This document shows, in pieces, positions 1 to 9,584 of a stretch of DNA of 64,000 nucleotides. Under the pieces are notes generated by a model. That model was given only the letters and a program-made list of their open reading frames with translations, made no database searches and had not been told where the DNA came from. The position numbers and the translations under genes were made by a program. The stretch's first letter is position 1. Every line of letters begins with the position of its first letter. This DNA comes from Bacteroidota bacterium. GTDB taxonomy: Bacteria; Bacteroidota; Bacteroidia; Chitinophagales; Chitinophagaceae. Location of the stretch: the NCBI GenBank assembly GCA_023437225.1, contig JAEZGS010000010.1, forward strand, positions 9,608 to 73,607, given 5' to 3'.

Positions 1-41
1 ATTCTAAAATATTTAATTGCTAATGTAACAGGTGGCTTCAG

Positions 42-1451
42 ATGAGAAAGGAATGCCTGCTTTTAATATTATTATTGACTTGCCTGAACTGCTTTGTAAG
101 AAGCCAGGTCATACCCGATTCGATCTTGGATCGATATGCAACATCATCAACAGATTCAGGGAAGGGTAAACTCCTGTACAATTATGTGAGGTTTTCCATG
201 CCTGGTACTGCCACAGAAAAGTTGACTGTCCTAACCAGGCAACTGGCCTTTTTCAAAAATAACAACGATGTTACGGGAATCAATTATAGCTATATCCTCA
301 TCGGCGCGTTGGCGTGGAGATCGGGTGAAAATAGCCTGGGGCTAAAGTTCGCGTTGTCGGCCCTCAGGCACTTTGAATCAGTAGACGATACTACGGGCAT
401 ATTACTGGCATTAATTGAGATCGGCAACAGCATTGCCACTTCGCAGGATCCTCAGCAGGGACTTTATTATTTTAAGAAAGGGCTATCCATTGCAAAGCAT
501 TACAACGACAAAGTACTATATTCCTCATTCCTGAACAATACAGCGGATTATTACATTCGAGTGAACCGTCCCGACTCTGCGTTTAATTACATTCAGGATG
601 CTGTTAAAATAAATTATGAGCTGGGTAATGATATCCTGTTGTGTGCATCAATTGGTACTTTAGGAGATGTTTATTTAGCGAAAGAGGAACATGAAATCGC
701 AAGACCTTTCCTTAAAAAGAGCATCGATTATTGTAAAGCAGTATCTTCTTCTTATAATACCGCGTTTGAATTAGGTAAGTTATCGTACTCTTTCTTTCAA
801 ACAGGTGAATACGATAGTGCAATCGTGTATGCTCGTCAGACGCTATTGTATGCTCCGGCGGATGACAAGAGTGATATAATGAAGGCTTATGAAACATTGT
901 ACGAGTGTTTCGAGAAACTGGGTAAGCAGGATAGCGCCTTCAGGTATTTCCGGCTTTCGAGGGTCACGCGCGATTCACTGTATACAATAGAGAAGTCACG
1001 AACCATACAGTTCATGCATTTCCAGGAACATATCCGTCAACAAGACCTGGCGATCGAAATGAAAAAAGCGGAGGAAAATCGCCGGCAGAATATCCAGTAC
1101 GCACTGGTGGGGGTAGGCATTATGACGCTAATTATCCTCTATTTACTACTCAGCCGCAGCTTCATTACAAATTTTCGTGTGATAGAATTTTTAGGGGCGT
1201 TGACCTTACTGCTCGTGTTTGAATTTTTCAACCTGTTGCTCCACCCATTCTTAGAGAAAGTCACCCATCATTCACCGCTATTGATGTTGTTAGCACTGGT
1301 CTGCATCGCGTCAATTCTTGTGCCCCTGCACCATAGGTTAGAGAAATGGGCACTCAATAAATTGGTCGAGAACAATAAAAAAGTGCGATTGGCGGCGGCA
1401 AAGAAAACGATCGAGAAATTGGAAAAACCGCACGATAATGACCGACATTGA
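42..1451 (+). CDS. TPR-repeat membrane-anchored protein, sensor-like, no output domain
   Basis: ATG at 42, 469 aa. Signal-like N-terminus MRKECLLLILLLTCLNCF, then about 300 aa of TPR-like helical repeats. A coiled coil (QQDLAIEMKKAEENRRQ) is followed by about 3 TM helices. No kinase or DNA-binding domain is visible. Confidence 0.6.
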   Translation: MRKECLLLILLLTCLNCFVRSQVIPDSILDRYATSSTDSGKGKLLYNYVRFSMPGTATEKLTVLTRQLAFFKNNNDVTGINYSYILIGALAWRSGENSLGLKFALSALRHFESVDDTTGILLALIEIGNSIATSQDPQQGLYYFKKGLSIAKHYNDKVLYSSFLNNTADYYIRVNRPDSAFNYIQDAVKINYELGNDILLCASIGTLGDVYLAKEEHEIARPFLKKSIDYCKAVSSSYNTAFELGKLSYSFFQTGEYDSAIVYARQTLLYAPADDKSDIMKAYETLYECFEKLGKQDSAFRYFRLSRVTRDSLYTIEKSRTIQFMHFQEHIRQQDLAIEMKKAEENRRQNIQYALVGVGIMTLIILYLLLSRSFITNFRVIEFLGALTLLLVFEFFNLLLHPFLEKVTHHSPLLMLLALVCIASILVPLHHRLEKWALNKLVENNKKVRLAAAKKTIEKLEKPHDNDRH

Positions 1452-1452
1452 G

Positions 1453-1719
1453 AGCTATTGCGGGGAAGTTATTTGGGGTGTCTGCATTAAATGGGAAGAA
1501 ATGCTCTTTAGAGCGATATATTGCGGCCGCATCGATCACCTGATTTTCGAGTTTATCCGAGATGCTACACCTTAAACCATTATCAGCAACCAAATGATCT
1601 GGGATGATGCTATTAAAATTTCTATTGCCAACATTGAATCTGCTGCCTTTCTAACGAAACAACAAAAAGAAGACATTTTCTATAACAATGCTAAATCCTT
1701 TTTTAGCATAAAAGAATAG
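1453..1719 (+). pseudogene. C-terminal remnant of an amidohydrolase-family gene (in-frame stop at 1573-1575)
   Basis: One frame reads ...EEMLFRAIYCGRIDHLIFEFIRDATP*TIISNQMIWDDAIKISIANIESAAFLTKQQKEDIFYNNAKSFFSIKE*. The tail parallels the C-terminus of the intact amidohydrolase at 11865-12716 (...VEALHFLSNLQKKKIFNQNAERFFSK). The N-terminal ~200 aa are absent, and the remnant abuts the stop of the upstream gene. Confidence 0.45.
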
Positions 1720-1857
1720 CTGCTACTAACAAAAGCCTGTTCACGGGCACACGCAAGCGTTGCACCGCTATTGCGAGTACTTTGGGATAGATAAAATTCA
1801 TCGTTACAAGATAGATTGTTAGATTCAGCTATGTATACAATAAACTAACAAAATAGC

Positions 1858-2199
1858 ATGCCTACTGTATCTTCGAAGTACCCATATCTTCTGGCGTTAC
1901 TTTACGGAGTGATTCCTTTTTTTATTTCTGATTTGGTTTCCCAGCCGTTTTCTCTTGGAATTTTTTACCTTTTAGGAGGTATGTTGTTTGGCTTGATTTG
2001 GCCAGGAGCATCCTGGCGATGGGGCTTGTGGATTACTGGACCGATGATAGCTTTTTTGTTTTTGAGTGTAGTTTTCGCTGGTCAGTTGGAAGTATTTTTC
2101 AAAAAGGATTTGCCTCTATTGCTGCTCAGTATAGCAGTTGCCTGCGTCGGGAGTTTTGTCGCGGCGTGGTTCAAAAGGAGACGCAGGGCCGGCCGCTAA
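1858..2199 (+). CDS. small integral membrane protein, unknown function
   Basis: 113-aa ORF with 3-4 hydrophobic helices and a basic tail (KRRRRAGR). No recognisable motif. Confidence 0.5.
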   Translation: MPTVSSKYPYLLALLYGVIPFFISDLVSQPFSLGIFYLLGGMLFGLIWPGASWRWGLWITGPMIAFLFLSVVFAGQLEVFFKKDLPLLLLSIAVACVGSFVAAWFKRRRRAGR

Positions 2200-2269
2200 C
2201 AGTTATGTTTTTTTAATAGTGGCTCATAAGCATTGTTGTATTGATAAATAAACGCCACACACAAATTCA

Positions 2270-2356
2270 ATGAGAGCTGTTACCTTGTTATTAATTGTTG
2301 TTTGTGTCTTATTCCTTGGTTGCAACGCAACATCGGAAACTCAAAGCAAGTCGTAA
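2270..2356 (+). CDS. 28-aa lipoprotein-like micro-ORF (speculative)
   Basis: Reads MRAVTLLLIVVCVLFLGCNATSETQSKS* with a lipobox-like LFLGC. Too short to be a normal mature lipoprotein; it may be the 5' stub of a lost gene. Confidence 0.15.
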   Translation: MRAVTLLLIVVCVLFLGCNATSETQSKS

Positions 2357-2502
2357 CGGGAATATCCTCTGCCAGATGCCAGCAGGGTACAAAAGACTAT
2401 ACTTAAATGAGAAGCAATATTATATATTGTGAGAGTGAAGGGGAGTATACATTCATTTGATACAGAGTTTGTACAACTACAATAAACGAAACAAATAAGT
2501 TT

Positions 2503-2667
2503 ATGACGTATCCATTCATACCTATCGGACTCATAGCAATATTTATTGTTTATGTCTTATACCTTATATTAATTAAGAAGGACAAAAAACCAGTCAAGGC
2601 AGTTTTACCATTTGGACTTGTCTTTATTGCAATCTGGATAGTGATATATTATTTCTTGCTTAAATAA
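2503..2667 (+). CDS. 54-aa two-TM micro-protein (hypothetical)
   Basis: Reads MTYPFIPIGLIAIFIVYVLYLILIKKDKKPVKAVLPFGLVFIAIWIVIYYFLLK*. Two clean hydrophobic helices are separated by a Lys-rich loop. Confidence 0.3.
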   Translation: MTYPFIPIGLIAIFIVYVLYLILIKKDKKPVKAVLPFGLVFIAIWIVIYYFLLK

Positions 2668-2921
2668 TCATGATCGGCTTGATAAATGCGCAAGTCGATA
2701 ACAAGTATTCTTTTCAGCCGGGAGCTATCCAGTGTAACAATTATCCACCCTCCTTTAGCAAGTCTCCCACCGTACGCCATGCTATCTTTTGCATAAAGTT
2801 GTAAATTTAAAAGGGAAGGCTGCAAGCCTTTGAGCAACACGGGACGGCAAAATCCTTCTATGAAATCTGCAACGTACCCCAGCCTTCCGCAAACGGCACA
2901 TCGTTCATAGTGATGCGAAGA
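2649..2921 (-). pseudogene. open frame without an ATG start, possible gene remnant of unknown family
   Basis: The open frame after a stop at 2922-2924 reads SSHHYERCAVCGRLGYVADFIEGFCRPVLLKGLQ...RIYQADHDYLSKK*. The only start candidate is GTG at 2840. Family not recognised. Confidence 0.2.
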
Positions 2922-2965
2922 TCACGAGTCATTTAGAAACTCAATAGCTTAAACTACTTAAACAC

Positions 2966-3550
2966 ATGGATATGAATCGGAATTCTTTCCTGAGAACATG
3001 CCTGCCAGCAGTTGGATTACTTGCTGCATCCAAACCAGCTTTTTCCCAGGGAACTGAAAGAAATAGAATTGAAAAAGGTTTGAAAGTTAATGCTGGTAAG
3101 GACCGAAACGCAAAGCCGATTTCGCTTTTTGAAGGAGATACGTTTTATACAAAAGTTTCGGCAAAAGATTCTGACGGTGACATTTATGTTTTTGAGAGTA
3201 CTAGAAAGAAAGAAGGAGGTCCGTCCTATCATTTACACTATGATCAGGATGAGTTCTGGTATATCATCAAAGGGAGATTTTTGTTTAAAGTTGGAGAAGA
3301 GACGTTTGAAGCCAAGGCGGGGGATACGGTTTTTGGGCCCCGAATGGTGCCACATGCCTTTTCAAAGGTGGGAAATGGAGAGGGGAAGATTCTGATGTTT
3401 TTTCAACCCGCGGGAAAAATGGAGGAGATGTTTAGAAAAATAAGCGAAGGTGCAACTAAGAATATGACAGAAGATGAAATGAACAGCTTTAGACAAGAGC
3501 ATGGCATTAAGAAGGTTGGCCCCGCACTTAAGCATTTCAAAAAATGGTAG
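2966..3550 (+). CDS. secreted cupin-domain protein
   Basis: 194 aa with a signal-like N-terminus (NRNSFLRTCLPAVGLLAASKPAFSQG). Cupin barrel motifs GGPSYHLHYDQDEFWYIIKG ... GDTVFGPRMVPHAF. Confidence 0.65.
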   Translation: MDMNRNSFLRTCLPAVGLLAASKPAFSQGTERNRIEKGLKVNAGKDRNAKPISLFEGDTFYTKVSAKDSDGDIYVFESTRKKEGGPSYHLHYDQDEFWYIIKGRFLFKVGEETFEAKAGDTVFGPRMVPHAFSKVGNGEGKILMFFQPAGKMEEMFRKISEGATKNMTEDEMNSFRQEHGIKKVGPALKHFKKW

Positions 3551-3611
3551 GAATTCAGCACGTAACAGGAGGTGACTGCTCTCAAAATTAAAATCGAAAA
3601 AATAGTAGGGA

Positions 3612-4175
3612 ATGAGAAAACTTATCATGTGGAACGTCATAACCCTTGACGGTTATTTTGAAGGAAAAGAAAGTTGGGACTTGTCATTCCACAATATTAT
3701 CTGGGGTGAGGAACTTGAAAACATAAGTCTCGAACAACTTCACTCTGCAGACTATCTTGTATTTGGTCGCGCCACTTATGAAGGTATGGCGGCTTATTGG
3801 ACAAAAGCAGAAGCTGAATCTTCGGAGCAAGAAATTGCTAAGTTGATGAACAGCCTGCCAAAGCTTGTCATTTCTAAAACCCTTAAATCGGCAGATTGGA
3901 ACAACACGACAATTGTTCGGGAAAATGCTTCTGAAGAAATTCAAAAACTAAAGGAACAAGGAGGAAGAGACATATATGTTTTTGGTAGTGCAAACCTTTC
4001 AGAGACGTTCATAAAAGATAATCTATTTGACGAATATCGTATCGGAGTTGCACCAGTAATTTTGGGTAATGGCCGGCCGCTATTCAGCAAGGATATCGGC
4101 ACAATGAAGTTGTCACTCGTTTCCACACAGCAACTTGAGACAGGTGGAGTTATTTTGAAATACTCTAAACATTAG
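3612..4175 (+). CDS. dihydrofolate-reductase-family protein (RibD C-terminal domain type), paralog 1
   Basis: 187 aa. The N-terminal MRKLIMWNVITLDGYFEG and C-terminal DEYRIGVAPVILGNGRPLF blocks are typical of RibD_C/DHFR-like proteins. Confidence 0.8.
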   Translation: MRKLIMWNVITLDGYFEGKESWDLSFHNIIWGEELENISLEQLHSADYLVFGRATYEGMAAYWTKAEAESSEQEIAKLMNSLPKLVISKTLKSADWNNTTIVRENASEEIQKLKEQGGRDIYVFGSANLSETFIKDNLFDEYRIGVAPVILGNGRPLFSKDIGTMKLSLVSTQQLETGGVILKYSKH

Positions 4176-4204
4176 GGAAATTCAAAACCAAAAAAACAAG
4201 TCAA

Positions 4205-5170
4205 ATGCATAGACGTAAATTTCTTATTAACAGCACAATTTTCACAGGGTTTTTTCCCTTAATTCCTTTCAATAAAATGATAAGCCCAAATATGGCTTTC
4301 TCTGTAGCTGATGTAGTTAGATTTCAAGTAGGGAAGATCAATTGTACTGTGTTGCGAGACCTTATGTTCAAATATTTGGCAAAGGATTTTTTCATTAATG
4401 CCCAACAGGAAGATCTGGAACGAGAATTGGCTAAATACCGTTTGAGTCCGGACAATATTCCGTCGCCATTTATTGCGATGTTACTTCAATACGATGAAAA
4501 AAAAATTCTGATTGACACAGGTATAGGGTTTTTAGAAAAACCTCTGTTATTCAGAGGCACTACTTATACATTCAAAGGCAGGTTACATCAGTTGTTGGAA
4601 CAGGAAAAAATAAGTAAAGAAGATATTACTGATGTAATCATCACACATTTTCATCCAGACCATATCGGCGGAATCTTTTCAGAGACAGGAAAACTGAATT
4701 TCCCGAATGCGCAGTTTCACATGCATGAAGAAGAATGGAACTACTGGCACACTTCAAAGTCAGATGGGCAGCCCGACTTGTTCAAATATTTTATTGAGAA
4801 GAACATTACACCGCTAAGAAATTTTAATCTTAATTTATTTAAACGCGACTTTGTCAATCTATTTCCCGGAGTGACTGCATTGAAAGCTGATGGACATACA
4901 CCAGGGCAGGTGGCACTGGACATTCAATCAGATAGCGCGCACTTGTTATATATTTCAGATGCCTTTCTTCATCCTCTTCATATAGAAAGATTAAACTGGC
5001 AAACTAATTATGACCTGGACCACGAAAAGGCGAAACACTCGAGGATAAAACTCATTGAATTGGCATACAAAAATAATATGCTGGTGAATGCTTTCCACTT
5101 TGATTTTCCCGGGCTCGGAAGAATAACTAAATTGAAAAACAGTTGGGGGTGGAATTACTTAGAGGAGTAA
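4205..5170 (+). CDS. MBL-fold metallo-hydrolase, probably exported
   Basis: 321 aa with a twin-arginine-like N-terminus (HRRKFLINS). HxHxDH motif (ITHFHPDHIGG) and a later DGHTPG block. Confidence 0.8.
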   Translation: MHRRKFLINSTIFTGFFPLIPFNKMISPNMAFSVADVVRFQVGKINCTVLRDLMFKYLAKDFFINAQQEDLERELAKYRLSPDNIPSPFIAMLLQYDEKKILIDTGIGFLEKPLLFRGTTYTFKGRLHQLLEQEKISKEDITDVIITHFHPDHIGGIFSETGKLNFPNAQFHMHEEEWNYWHTSKSDGQPDLFKYFIEKNITPLRNFNLNLFKRDFVNLFPGVTALKADGHTPGQVALDIQSDSAHLLYISDAFLHPLHIERLNWQTNYDLDHEKAKHSRIKLIELAYKNNMLVNAFHFDFPGLGRITKLKNSWGWNYLEE

Positions 5171-5310
5171 AGGTCCTATGTCAATTTTGCGGCGCCTGTA
5201 TTACTGAATAAACCTTAGTTTTATGCACACAAGTCATCAAAGCTTAATTGGACTGTGCGCCATTCAAACCTGGCTTGGCACGCTTGAGCCTCTCATAATT
5301 TAATCGACTC

Positions 5311-5712
5311 ATGAAAATCAACACAAAGCTTCTCATGGCCTGCAGTGCCGTTTCACTTGCCCTAATGGGTCTTCCGCTCATATTCCTCCCGGCCGAAATC
5401 GCAGGTTATCTTAAGATTAGCTCGACATTTGTGATCCAACTGTTCATCCAAATCGTAGGTGCTCTTTACTTTGCATTTGCCATGCTCAACTGGATGGCTA
5501 AGCGAAATGTAATGGGTGGAATTTATAATCGACCAATTGTCATCGCCAACGTTGCACACTTTATGGTAGTCGGCCTGACACTACTCAAAAGTCTTTTAAA
5601 GCAGCCGGATCTTCCTTCAACCATCTGGGCTGTTACCATATTATATACGCTTTTTGCTGCGTTCTTTATCATCGTTCTCTTCCAATCACCCGTCACTAAT
5701 AAGACATCCTGA
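5311..5712 (+). CDS. integral membrane protein, unknown function
   Basis: 133 aa with four hydrophobic helices. No motif recognised. Confidence 0.55.
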   Translation: MKINTKLLMACSAVSLALMGLPLIFLPAEIAGYLKISSTFVIQLFIQIVGALYFAFAMLNWMAKRNVMGGIYNRPIVIANVAHFMVVGLTLLKSLLKQPDLPSTIWAVTILYTLFAAFFIIVLFQSPVTNKTS

Positions 5713-5853
5713 ATCTATAACGGATATCTTTCACCACAAGCTCTTTCCATTTCCACCCGATAATGTCAAAATCTACCCCGTATTTTGTCGCGTTCATACC
5801 TCACAAAAATCCTCACTTAGTAGTACGTTTAAGCTTTCAAACCTTTAATATCT

Positions 5854-6288
5854 ATGGCACTAATCAATCCCCACATCAATTTCAATGGAAATGCTGAAGA
5901 AGCGTTTACCTTTTACAAATCAGTTTTCGGCGGTGAATTTTCACGAGTTGTTCGATTCAAAGATCTCTCGATTTCTGGCTTTCAGCTTTCAGACAAGGAA
6001 GCAAATAAGATAATGCACATTGCCCTGCCAATCGGTCAAAACACTCTAATGGGTAATGACGTTCCTGAGTTCATGGGGCAGGTGAACGAAAATGAAAACC
6101 GCTCCAAGATTTCCATTAGCACAGAGAGCCGCGATGAGGCCGAAAAAGTATTCAATGGACTTTGTGCTGGTGGCAACGTGGAGATGCCTATGGAAGACAG
6201 CCCCTGGGGAACATATTTTGGTATGTTCAGGGATAAGTATGGCATTGAATGGATGGTAGAGTTCGATGCTAATCATCGTAAAGGATAA
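5854..6288 (+). CDS. VOC-family protein (PhnB/YjdN-like)
   Basis: 144 aa. The blocks INFNGNAEEAFTFYKSVFGG and PWGTYFGMFRDKYGIEWMV match the PhnB-type VOC fold as I remember it. Confidence 0.75.
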   Translation: MALINPHINFNGNAEEAFTFYKSVFGGEFSRVVRFKDLSISGFQLSDKEANKIMHIALPIGQNTLMGNDVPEFMGQVNENENRSKISISTESRDEAEKVFNGLCAGGNVEMPMEDSPWGTYFGMFRDKYGIEWMVEFDANHRKG

Positions 6289-6309
6289 TCGATAAACCTT
6301 TCGATCATT

Positions 6310-6600
6310 ATGAGGAAAGTAATTGCAGCGATCAATATGACGATAGATGGATATTGCGACCATACTGCAGGTATCGCTGATGAGCAACTGCATGAGCATT
6401 ACTCTGAACTTCTCAATAATTCAGGAGTTGTATTATATGGCCGGATCACTTATCGAATTTCAAATTTGTATTCATCCGGTCGTGGAGGGCAGGGGACTAC
6501 CATTGTTCCATCAAATAAAGGACAGGATAGTCTTTAAACTTGCCGGGTCGAAATCGTTAACCTCCGGGGGACGATATTATATTATCAACCGTCGTAGTCA
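6310..6600 (+). pseudogene. RibD_C/DHFR-family paralog with internal deletion and frameshift
   Basis: The first 48 codons ([15 protein letters not shown]...VLYGRITY) match the N-termini of the intact paralogs. From about 6452 the homologous C-terminal block ([40 protein letters not shown]) continues in the +1 frame. The central ~80 codons are missing. Confidence 0.65.
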
Positions 6601-6630
6601 TCGCAATGCCACTATCCAGGGACATTGCGA
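6601..6630. repeat. 8-bp inverted repeat (TCGCAATG-N14-CATTGCGA)
   Basis: Read directly: tcgcaatg at 6601-6608 and cattgcga at 6623-6630. It lies 15 nt beyond the integrase stop and inside the pseudogene tail. Confidence 0.6.
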
Positions 6631-6644
6631 TGTTGTTCACCGCT

Positions 6645-7553
6645 TTAGTGAATGTTGTAGAGCGTGTCCAGTGGACTGTGCACCTGCTTCGATGTTACCT
6701 GGGCAACATTGAGATAAACGAGCGTCTGTACCATATCCGCATGCCCCAGTAAACGTTGTATGGTACTTATGTCGACACCTTCTTCGAGCAAATGAGTGGC
6801 AAAACTGTGGCGAAGGGTATGCATACTTACCTGTTTTCTAATTTCTGTTTTTTGAACAGCCTTTGCAATAATATATTGAATGGTTCTTCGACCCATAGGT
6901 TTGCCCGGGGTCATCCCTTCGAATAAAAATTGCTTGGGTTCTACTTCATTCATATAGTGTGGCAGTCTTTCTGTAAGAAGCTTTGATAAGATCACACAAC
7001 GCTGCTTTCGTCCTTTACCATGGCGAATGTGCACCTGCCTACGATGCAAGTCCACATCTGTTATTTTGATCAATCGAAGCTCATTCATGCGCAATCCGCC
7101 TGCATACGCGAATGCGAGTAAAATGCGATGCTTCAGGTTGACAGGCGCTCTGAATAATTCCCTGCATTCCTTCCGGGATAAGACGATCGGCAGTTTTCTT
7201 TCTTTTTTAATGGCTGGCATCCGAATCGCCTTTTCCTCCATATCAAACAATCGAAACCAATAACGCAAGCCATACACGGCATGTTTGAAATAGGATAACG
7301 AACATTTTTCGTGTACCATTTTCCGATACAGGAATGCATTGATATCTTCCACACTGACCTTGTGCGGTACGCAATTGAAATGCAGCGCTATGTAGGCAAG
7401 ACTGCGACTATAATTTGTAATTAGCCCCATACTGCTTTGCTGCAGTGTGGTTTTTTCCAGAAACCTGCCATACGCGGTTAGAAATCCGGGTACATTTTCC
7501 TTTGCCTGCGATAAAACGGTCTTGCCCCGCTTTGATTTTGCCTTAGCTTCCAT
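6645..7553 (-). CDS. tyrosine-type site-specific recombinase/integrase (XerC/D-like size)
   Basis: 302 aa. Box I Arg (AYAGGLRMNELRLIK), box II HTLRHSFATHLLEEGVDISTIQRLLGH and the catalytic Tyr context (QTLVYLNV). N-terminal SAM-like core-binding region. Confidence 0.85.
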   Translation of the reverse strand: MEAKAKSKRGKTVLSQAKENVPGFLTAYGRFLEKTTLQQSSMGLITNYSRSLAYIALHFNCVPHKVSVEDINAFLYRKMVHEKCSLSYFKHAVYGLRYWFRLFDMEEKAIRMPAIKKERKLPIVLSRKECRELFRAPVNLKHRILLAFAYAGGLRMNELRLIKITDVDLHRRQVHIRHGKGRKQRCVILSKLLTERLPHYMNEVEPKQFLFEGMTPGKPMGRRTIQYIIAKAVQKTEIRKQVSMHTLRHSFATHLLEEGVDISTIQRLLGHADMVQTLVYLNVAQVTSKQVHSPLDTLYNIH

Positions 7554-7642
7554 AAAGATTGTAATTAAGAAACTAAGTTCGGCCTTGATCTTATCATCGT
7601 CTCAACTGCAATGCTGCAGTGAGCGATCACGTAAATTTTTTT

Positions 7643-8323
7643 TTATTGATTCACTATCCTGCCGTCTTCCATCTCGATGATCCGATGCGTGTTGGAGGCA
7701 AATTCGGGATCGTGCGTAACGATCAGTAATGTTTGTTGGTATTGATCACATAGCTTCTTAAAAATATCAAACACCAACTGACTGTTTTTCTTGTCGAGGT
7801 TGCCCGTTGGCTCATCGCCCATAATTATAAGTGGATCGTTTATCAACGCTCTTGCTATCGCTACTCGCTGCTTCTCTCCCCCTGAAAGCTGGTTCGGCTG
7901 CTTGTTGGCAAGTTTTTCAATACCCAGCACATTCAACCACTTCAATGCATTGTTTCGAATTTCCTTCTCCGAAAACCTGTTGAGCTTCAAACCCGGCAGC
8001 ATCACATTCTTTACAACATCAAATTCATTTAACAGGTAGTGAAACTGGAATACAAATCCAATCTTCTCGTTTCGAACTTCGGCAAGACGAGATCCATGTT
8101 TTCCGCTCATGAGTTCCCCGTCGATCAACAGGCTACCCTCATAATCTGTATCCATTGTCGATAATACATACAACAACGTCGACTTCCCGCAACCTGATTT
8201 TCCCATAATCGCAATGAACTCACCCTTATCTACCTCGAAACTTACATCCTTCAACACAGGAACATCAACATGATCATGAAATGTCTTATTAATGTGCTTT
8301 GCTTCAAGTACGGTGTTCTTCAT
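7643..8323 (-). CDS. ABC transporter ATP-binding protein (MacB/LolD-type)
   Basis: 226 aa. Walker [12 protein letters not shown], signature [15 protein letters not shown], Walker [14 protein letters not shown]. Confidence 0.9.
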   Translation of the reverse strand: MKNTVLEAKHINKTFHDHVDVPVLKDVSFEVDKGEFIAIMGKSGCGKSTLLYVLSTMDTDYEGSLLIDGELMSGKHGSRLAEVRNEKIGFVFQFHYLLNEFDVVKNVMLPGLKLNRFSEKEIRNNALKWLNVLGIEKLANKQPNQLSGGEKQRVAIARALINDPLIIMGDEPTGNLDKKNSQLVFDIFKKLCDQYQQTLLIVTHDPEFASNTHRIIEMEDGRIVNQ

Positions 8324-8324
8324 T

Positions 8325-9584
8325 TTATTTTCCTCTTATGATAATAACAGGATCCACCTTACTTGCCTTTGCGGCGGGGAAAAGGCCGGCAAAATAGGTA
8401 GTTACCAAAGAAAACGTAATACCGATCAGGTAGTACACAGGATTGTAATTTACCGGGTAGCTCGTAACTGTAGGAAGCGAAGGAAAGTCGAAAGGAATGG
8501 CATCGATGATCATCGACAACAGGTACCCGAACAATAGTCCAACCGTTCCTCCGAAAAAACCAATGCTTAATGCAATCATCAGGAAGATTTCTTTTACATC
8601 TCTACCTGAAAACCCGGTCGCTTTCAGAATGGCAATCGAATCCATTTTTTCATAGATCATCATATTTAAAATATTGTAGATGCCGAATCCTGCAACGATC
8701 AAAAGCGTGATCCCGACGACGTAAGAAATAAGCGTCCGGATGGAACTTCCGGTTTGAAATTCACTGTTGGCAGTTTGTATGTCTATGGCTTGTAGGCTGA
8801 ATAGTTGTTTATATTCTTTCGCCATCGGTGGCGCATTTTCAATATCGTATAATTTCACCTGCACATCTGTAAAGTAAGTTGAAGGTTTTGCCAATATCTT
8901 CTGTGCGGTTTGCAAAGACGTATATGCCTGAACCTTGTCAAGATCTCTTATGCCCGACTGATAGTATGCGATGAGCTTCAACGAAAATACTTCGCCGGAT
9001 GGAGTTGTTACATATACAACATCGCCAATGCTCACCAATAACTGGTCGGCCAGCGCCTTGCCCAGAATGATCGTGTTCGGAATAATATTCAGATCACTTG
9101 CCGAACCACTGCTGACATAATCAAAAAAATTGAACAGTCTTTCTTCTTCATCTGCGTCGATCCCGTCAATTACACCCGCGATGCGTACACTTCCTTCATT
9201 GAAAAAGGCCGCAGAGTGAATTCGCGGGGTGATACCAAGAACTCTTTTATCATCCCTGATGGTCTTGATTATTGCCTGGCTGTTATAAATCTCTTCGCGA
9301 CTGTTAGGTGCTTTTATTGATGAAATGAAATGATAATGATCCTTATAAATTGATGTTCGGGAAATGGGCTGATCAGGATTTCTTTCGATCTCATTATATA
9401 ACCGTATATGAGGAGTTCTGTTTAGTATCAGCCCGTCAAGTAACTGATTCAGACCGGTCATGAAGCTGAGTAAAGTAATGAACATGGTAATGCTGAAGGT
9501 AACACCGATAGCCGCGATAAGTGTCTGTTTCCATCTTGCCTTTAAGAGTGACGCAGCAATATTCGCATTCAATCTATAGTTCAT
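8325..9584 (-). CDS. ABC transporter permease (MacB periplasmic core + FtsX domain)
   Basis: 419 aa with an N-terminal TM, a large extracytoplasmic domain and a C-terminal 3-TM FtsX-like bundle. 1-nt gap to the ATPase gene. Confidence 0.85.
   Translation of the reverse strand: MNYRLNANIAASLLKARWKQTLIAAIGVTFSITMFITLLSFMTGLNQLLDGLILNRTPHIRLYNEIERNPDQPISRTSIYKDHYHFISSIKAPNSREEIYNSQAIIKTIRDDKRVLGITPRIHSAAFFNEGSVRIAGVIDGIDADEEERLFNFFDYVSSGSASDLNIIPNTIILGKALADQLLVSIGDVVYVTTPSGEVFSLKLIAYYQSGIRDLDKVQAYTSLQTAQKILAKPSTYFTDVQVKLYDIENAPPMAKEYKQLFSLQAIDIQTANSEFQTGSSIRTLISYVVGITLLIVAGFGIYNILNMMIYEKMDSIAILKATGFSGRDVKEIFLMIALSIGFFGGTVGLLFGYLLSMIIDAIPFDFPSLPTVTSYPVNYNPVYYLIGITFSLVTTYFAGLFPAAKASKVDPVIIIRGK

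Noticed and set aside
1354-1593. 79-aa minus-strand ORF.
   Set aside because: It is antisense to the end of the TPR gene and to the amidohydrolase remnant, has no motif and is a typical shadow ORF.
6347-6712. 121-aa ORF from the track.
   Set aside because: Its middle is the frame-shifted C-terminal block of the deleted DHFR-family pseudogene. Its tail is read-through antisense to the integrase 3' end. It is not an independent gene.
6645-7553. The integrase as part of a delimited integrative element, prophage or integron.
   Set aside because: I found no flanking direct repeats, att-like duplication, tRNA target, attC-like sites, cassette array or phage/conjugation genes by eye. Only a lone recombinase can be claimed.
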